Positions 62,470-64,000 of a DNA stretch of 64,000 nt are shown piece after piece. Positions within the stretch are counted from its first letter, which is position 1. Every line of letters begins with the position of its first letter. Below the pieces are notes generated by a model. The model saw only the letters and a list, made by a program, of their open reading frames with translations. It did no database searches and was not told the DNA's origin. The DNA is from an uncultured Chloroflexia bacterium (lineage in GTDB: Bacteria; Chloroflexota; Limnocylindria; Limnocylindrales; CSP1-4), in contig CAWDQY010000007.1 of assembly GCA_963804575.1 (NCBI GenBank), forward strand, positions 144,411-208,410, in the 5' to 3' direction. The position numbers were made by a program, and so were the translations under genes.

Positions 62470-63720
62470 TCAGGCGGGCTCGCGCGGCTCCGGCGCCGGC
62501 GCCACCTCGGGTAGCAGGTCGTCGTCCTCGGGTGCGGCGGACGCGGGTGCCGCGGGCTCGCTGGACGGGCCTGCGGGCTCGGCCGGGAGCGCCGCTGCCA
62601 CCGCCGGCGCCGTCGGCCACTCGGCGGGCGCGTCGCCCTGCTCGGCGGACGCGTCGACCGCCTCGGGCAGGTCGCGCTGGGCAGCCGCTTCGAAGAGGAA
62701 CACCGAGCCCGCCACCGAGGCGTTGAGCGAGGCGACCTTGCCGCGCATGGGGATGCGCGCCATGAGATCGACGCGCTTGCGTACCTTGGCGTTGAGACCG
62801 CGCCCCTCGGAGCCGGTGACGATGACGATGGGGCCACGCATGTCGACCTCGCGCACGGTCATGGAGGCGTCGCCGTCGGCGCCGATGACGCGAACGCCAC
62901 GTGCGTGCAGATCGACCAGGCCGGCGGCCAGGTCGGGCAGCGGCACCAACAGCAGGTGCTCGACAGCACCGGCAGAGGTCTTGATGGCAGCCGGGCTGAT
63001 GGGTGCCGCTCCACGCGTGGGGAAGATGACCCCGTGCACGCCGCAGGCCTCGGCCGAGCGCAGCAGCGTGCCCACGTTCTGCGGATCCTCGAGGTGGTCC
63101 AGCGCCAGCAGGAAGGGGGGTTCATGGCGCGAGCGAGCCAGCGCCAGCACCTCGTCGAGCGTGGCCCAGCGGCGGGGCGCCACCACCAGCGCGATGCCCT
63201 GGTGGCCGTCGAAGCCGCTGATGGCGGTGATGGTGCCGCCCTCGACCTCGACCACGGGGATGCGCAGCGTGGTGGCATGCAGCACCAACTGGTCCAGCGC
63301 AGCGCGACGCTCCGGTACCACCAGCAGCCGCCGGGCCTCGCGGCGGGCAGCGAACGCCTCCTCCACCGGCCGACGGCCGGCCACGATCTCCTCGCCCTCG
63401 GCGAGCACCTCGACCGGGACGGGACCCATCCCGGGTCCAGCCGCCAGGAGGACGGTCGCGTCGCTCCCAGTCACCGCGCCGATCCCCACCGCCACGCGGG
63501 CCACGCGGGCCGGCGTCGCGAGCCCACGGGCCGCGGGCAGGCGGAGGTCCGGGTCTGCGGTCGCGATGGCTGTACTCGACATGTCGCGGCGGGCCGTCGG
63601 ATCGGCGACGCTCCGGGGGCCCTGCATCGCGGCGCGGACGGTCATCGCGGTAGCCGCCCGTGCGGGGACGATCATCGCGTGGATAGGGGCGCTCGTCCGG
63701 GCGTCCCGTCCCGCCCCCAC
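62470..63720 (-). CDS. rlmB: 23S rRNA (guanosine-2'-O)-methyltransferase RlmB-like (SpoU/TrmH family), with a Pro/Ala/Glu-rich C-terminal tail
   Basis: SpoU_sub_bind-like 'VPVEVLAEGEEIVAGRRPVEEAF' and SPOUT motifs 'LLALDHLEDPQNVGTLLRSAEACGVHGVIFP', 'IVIVTGSEGRGL', 'IPMRGKVASLNASVAGSV'. The start is uncertain (several upstream Met). Confidence 0.8.
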   Translation of the reverse strand: MGAGRDARTSAPIHAMIVPARAATAMTVRAAMQGPRSVADPTARRDMSSTAIATADPDLRLPAARGLATPARVARVAVGIGAVTGSDATVLLAAGPGMGPVPVEVLAEGEEIVAGRRPVEEAFAARREARRLLVVPERRAALDQLVLHATTLRIPVVEVEGGTITAISGFDGHQGIALVVAPRRWATLDEVLALARSRHEPPFLLALDHLEDPQNVGTLLRSAEACGVHGVIFPTRGAAPISPAAIKTSAGAVEHLLLVPLPDLAAGLVDLHARGVRVIGADGDASMTVREVDMRGPIVIVTGSEGRGLNAKVRKRVDLMARIPMRGKVASLNASVAGSVFLFEAAAQRDLPEAVDASAEQGDAPAEWPTAPAVAAALPAEPAGPSSEPAAPASAAPEDDDLLPEVAPAPEPREPA

Positions 63721-64000
63721 CGTAGGGCCGACCCGGGAGGCTTGGCACCGTAGGGTCGCTGGCTCGGCGGCGGGCCACTGCGTGATCCTGCGCCACGGTA
63801 GGACCCCGCAGGCTTGCCGCCATACGGTCGTGACGCGGGTCGGCTGGTGGAGGCCGGCCGACCCGGCGGCGGGCCACTGCGGGTACGAGCTGACCGTCGG
63901 GCTCGTGGGGAACGGGCTTGTCGCCGGCAGGCGGGCCGACTCGGTCCTGGCCCGCGGTCCCTCCGGGTCCTGGCTGGCTGGCTGTCGCGCCTTCGCGTGG

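Overview
High-GC (~70%), actinobacteria-like chromosomal segment. From 4.8 kb to 63.7 kb every gene is on the minus strand and most are translationally coupled (ATGA/GTGA/TAATG start-stop overlaps). Third-position GC bias (GC3) is very strong and was used to separate real frames from the many long spurious antisense ORFs.

Content from the 3' end of the window: rlmB-like methyltransferase; tRNA-Thr(TGT), tRNA-Tyr, tRNA-Thr(GGT); a second tuf copy; rpmG; tRNA-Trp; secE-nusG; rplK-rplA; rplJ-rplL; rpoB-rpoC; rpsL-rpsG-fusA-tuf joined directly to the S10, spc and alpha ribosomal operons (rpsJ through rplQ); truA-rplM-rpsI; a TPR protein; cdaA-cdaR-glmM-glmS-acpS-nnrD-alr; an unannotated three-gene insert; tsaE-tsaB-rimI-tsaD; rsmA-ispE-ridA; an alpha/beta hydrolase; a collagen-like secreted protein gene; glmU; a CNNM/CorC transporter. 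On the plus strand there are a polyprenyl synthase and a 5'-truncated gltD-like oxidoreductase, with glyQS and recO (minus) between them.

Two things dominate the hunt. First, at least 12 single-base frame disruptions hit mostly essential genes (recO, glmU, ispE, rsmA, alr twice, rplB, rpsJ, rpoC) plus the collagen-like gene and several ORFs that overrun their stops. The most economical explanation is indel errors in the assembly, not biology. Second, the best candidate for an undescribed system is a coupled three-gene module of unknown function between alr and tsaE: a small acidic protein, a 539-aa ASKHA (actin-like) ATPase-fold protein and a 348-aa protein.

Other oddities: a secreted collagen-like Gly-X-Y protein next to a proline-iminopeptidase-family hydrolase; ribosomal protein L24 with a C-terminal CxxC...CxxC zinc ribbon and an internal insertion; S12 with a ~14-aa N-terminal insertion; two near-identical tuf copies in an E. 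coli-like tRNA-tufB-secE-nusG arrangement; tuf and rpsJ only 3 nt apart.
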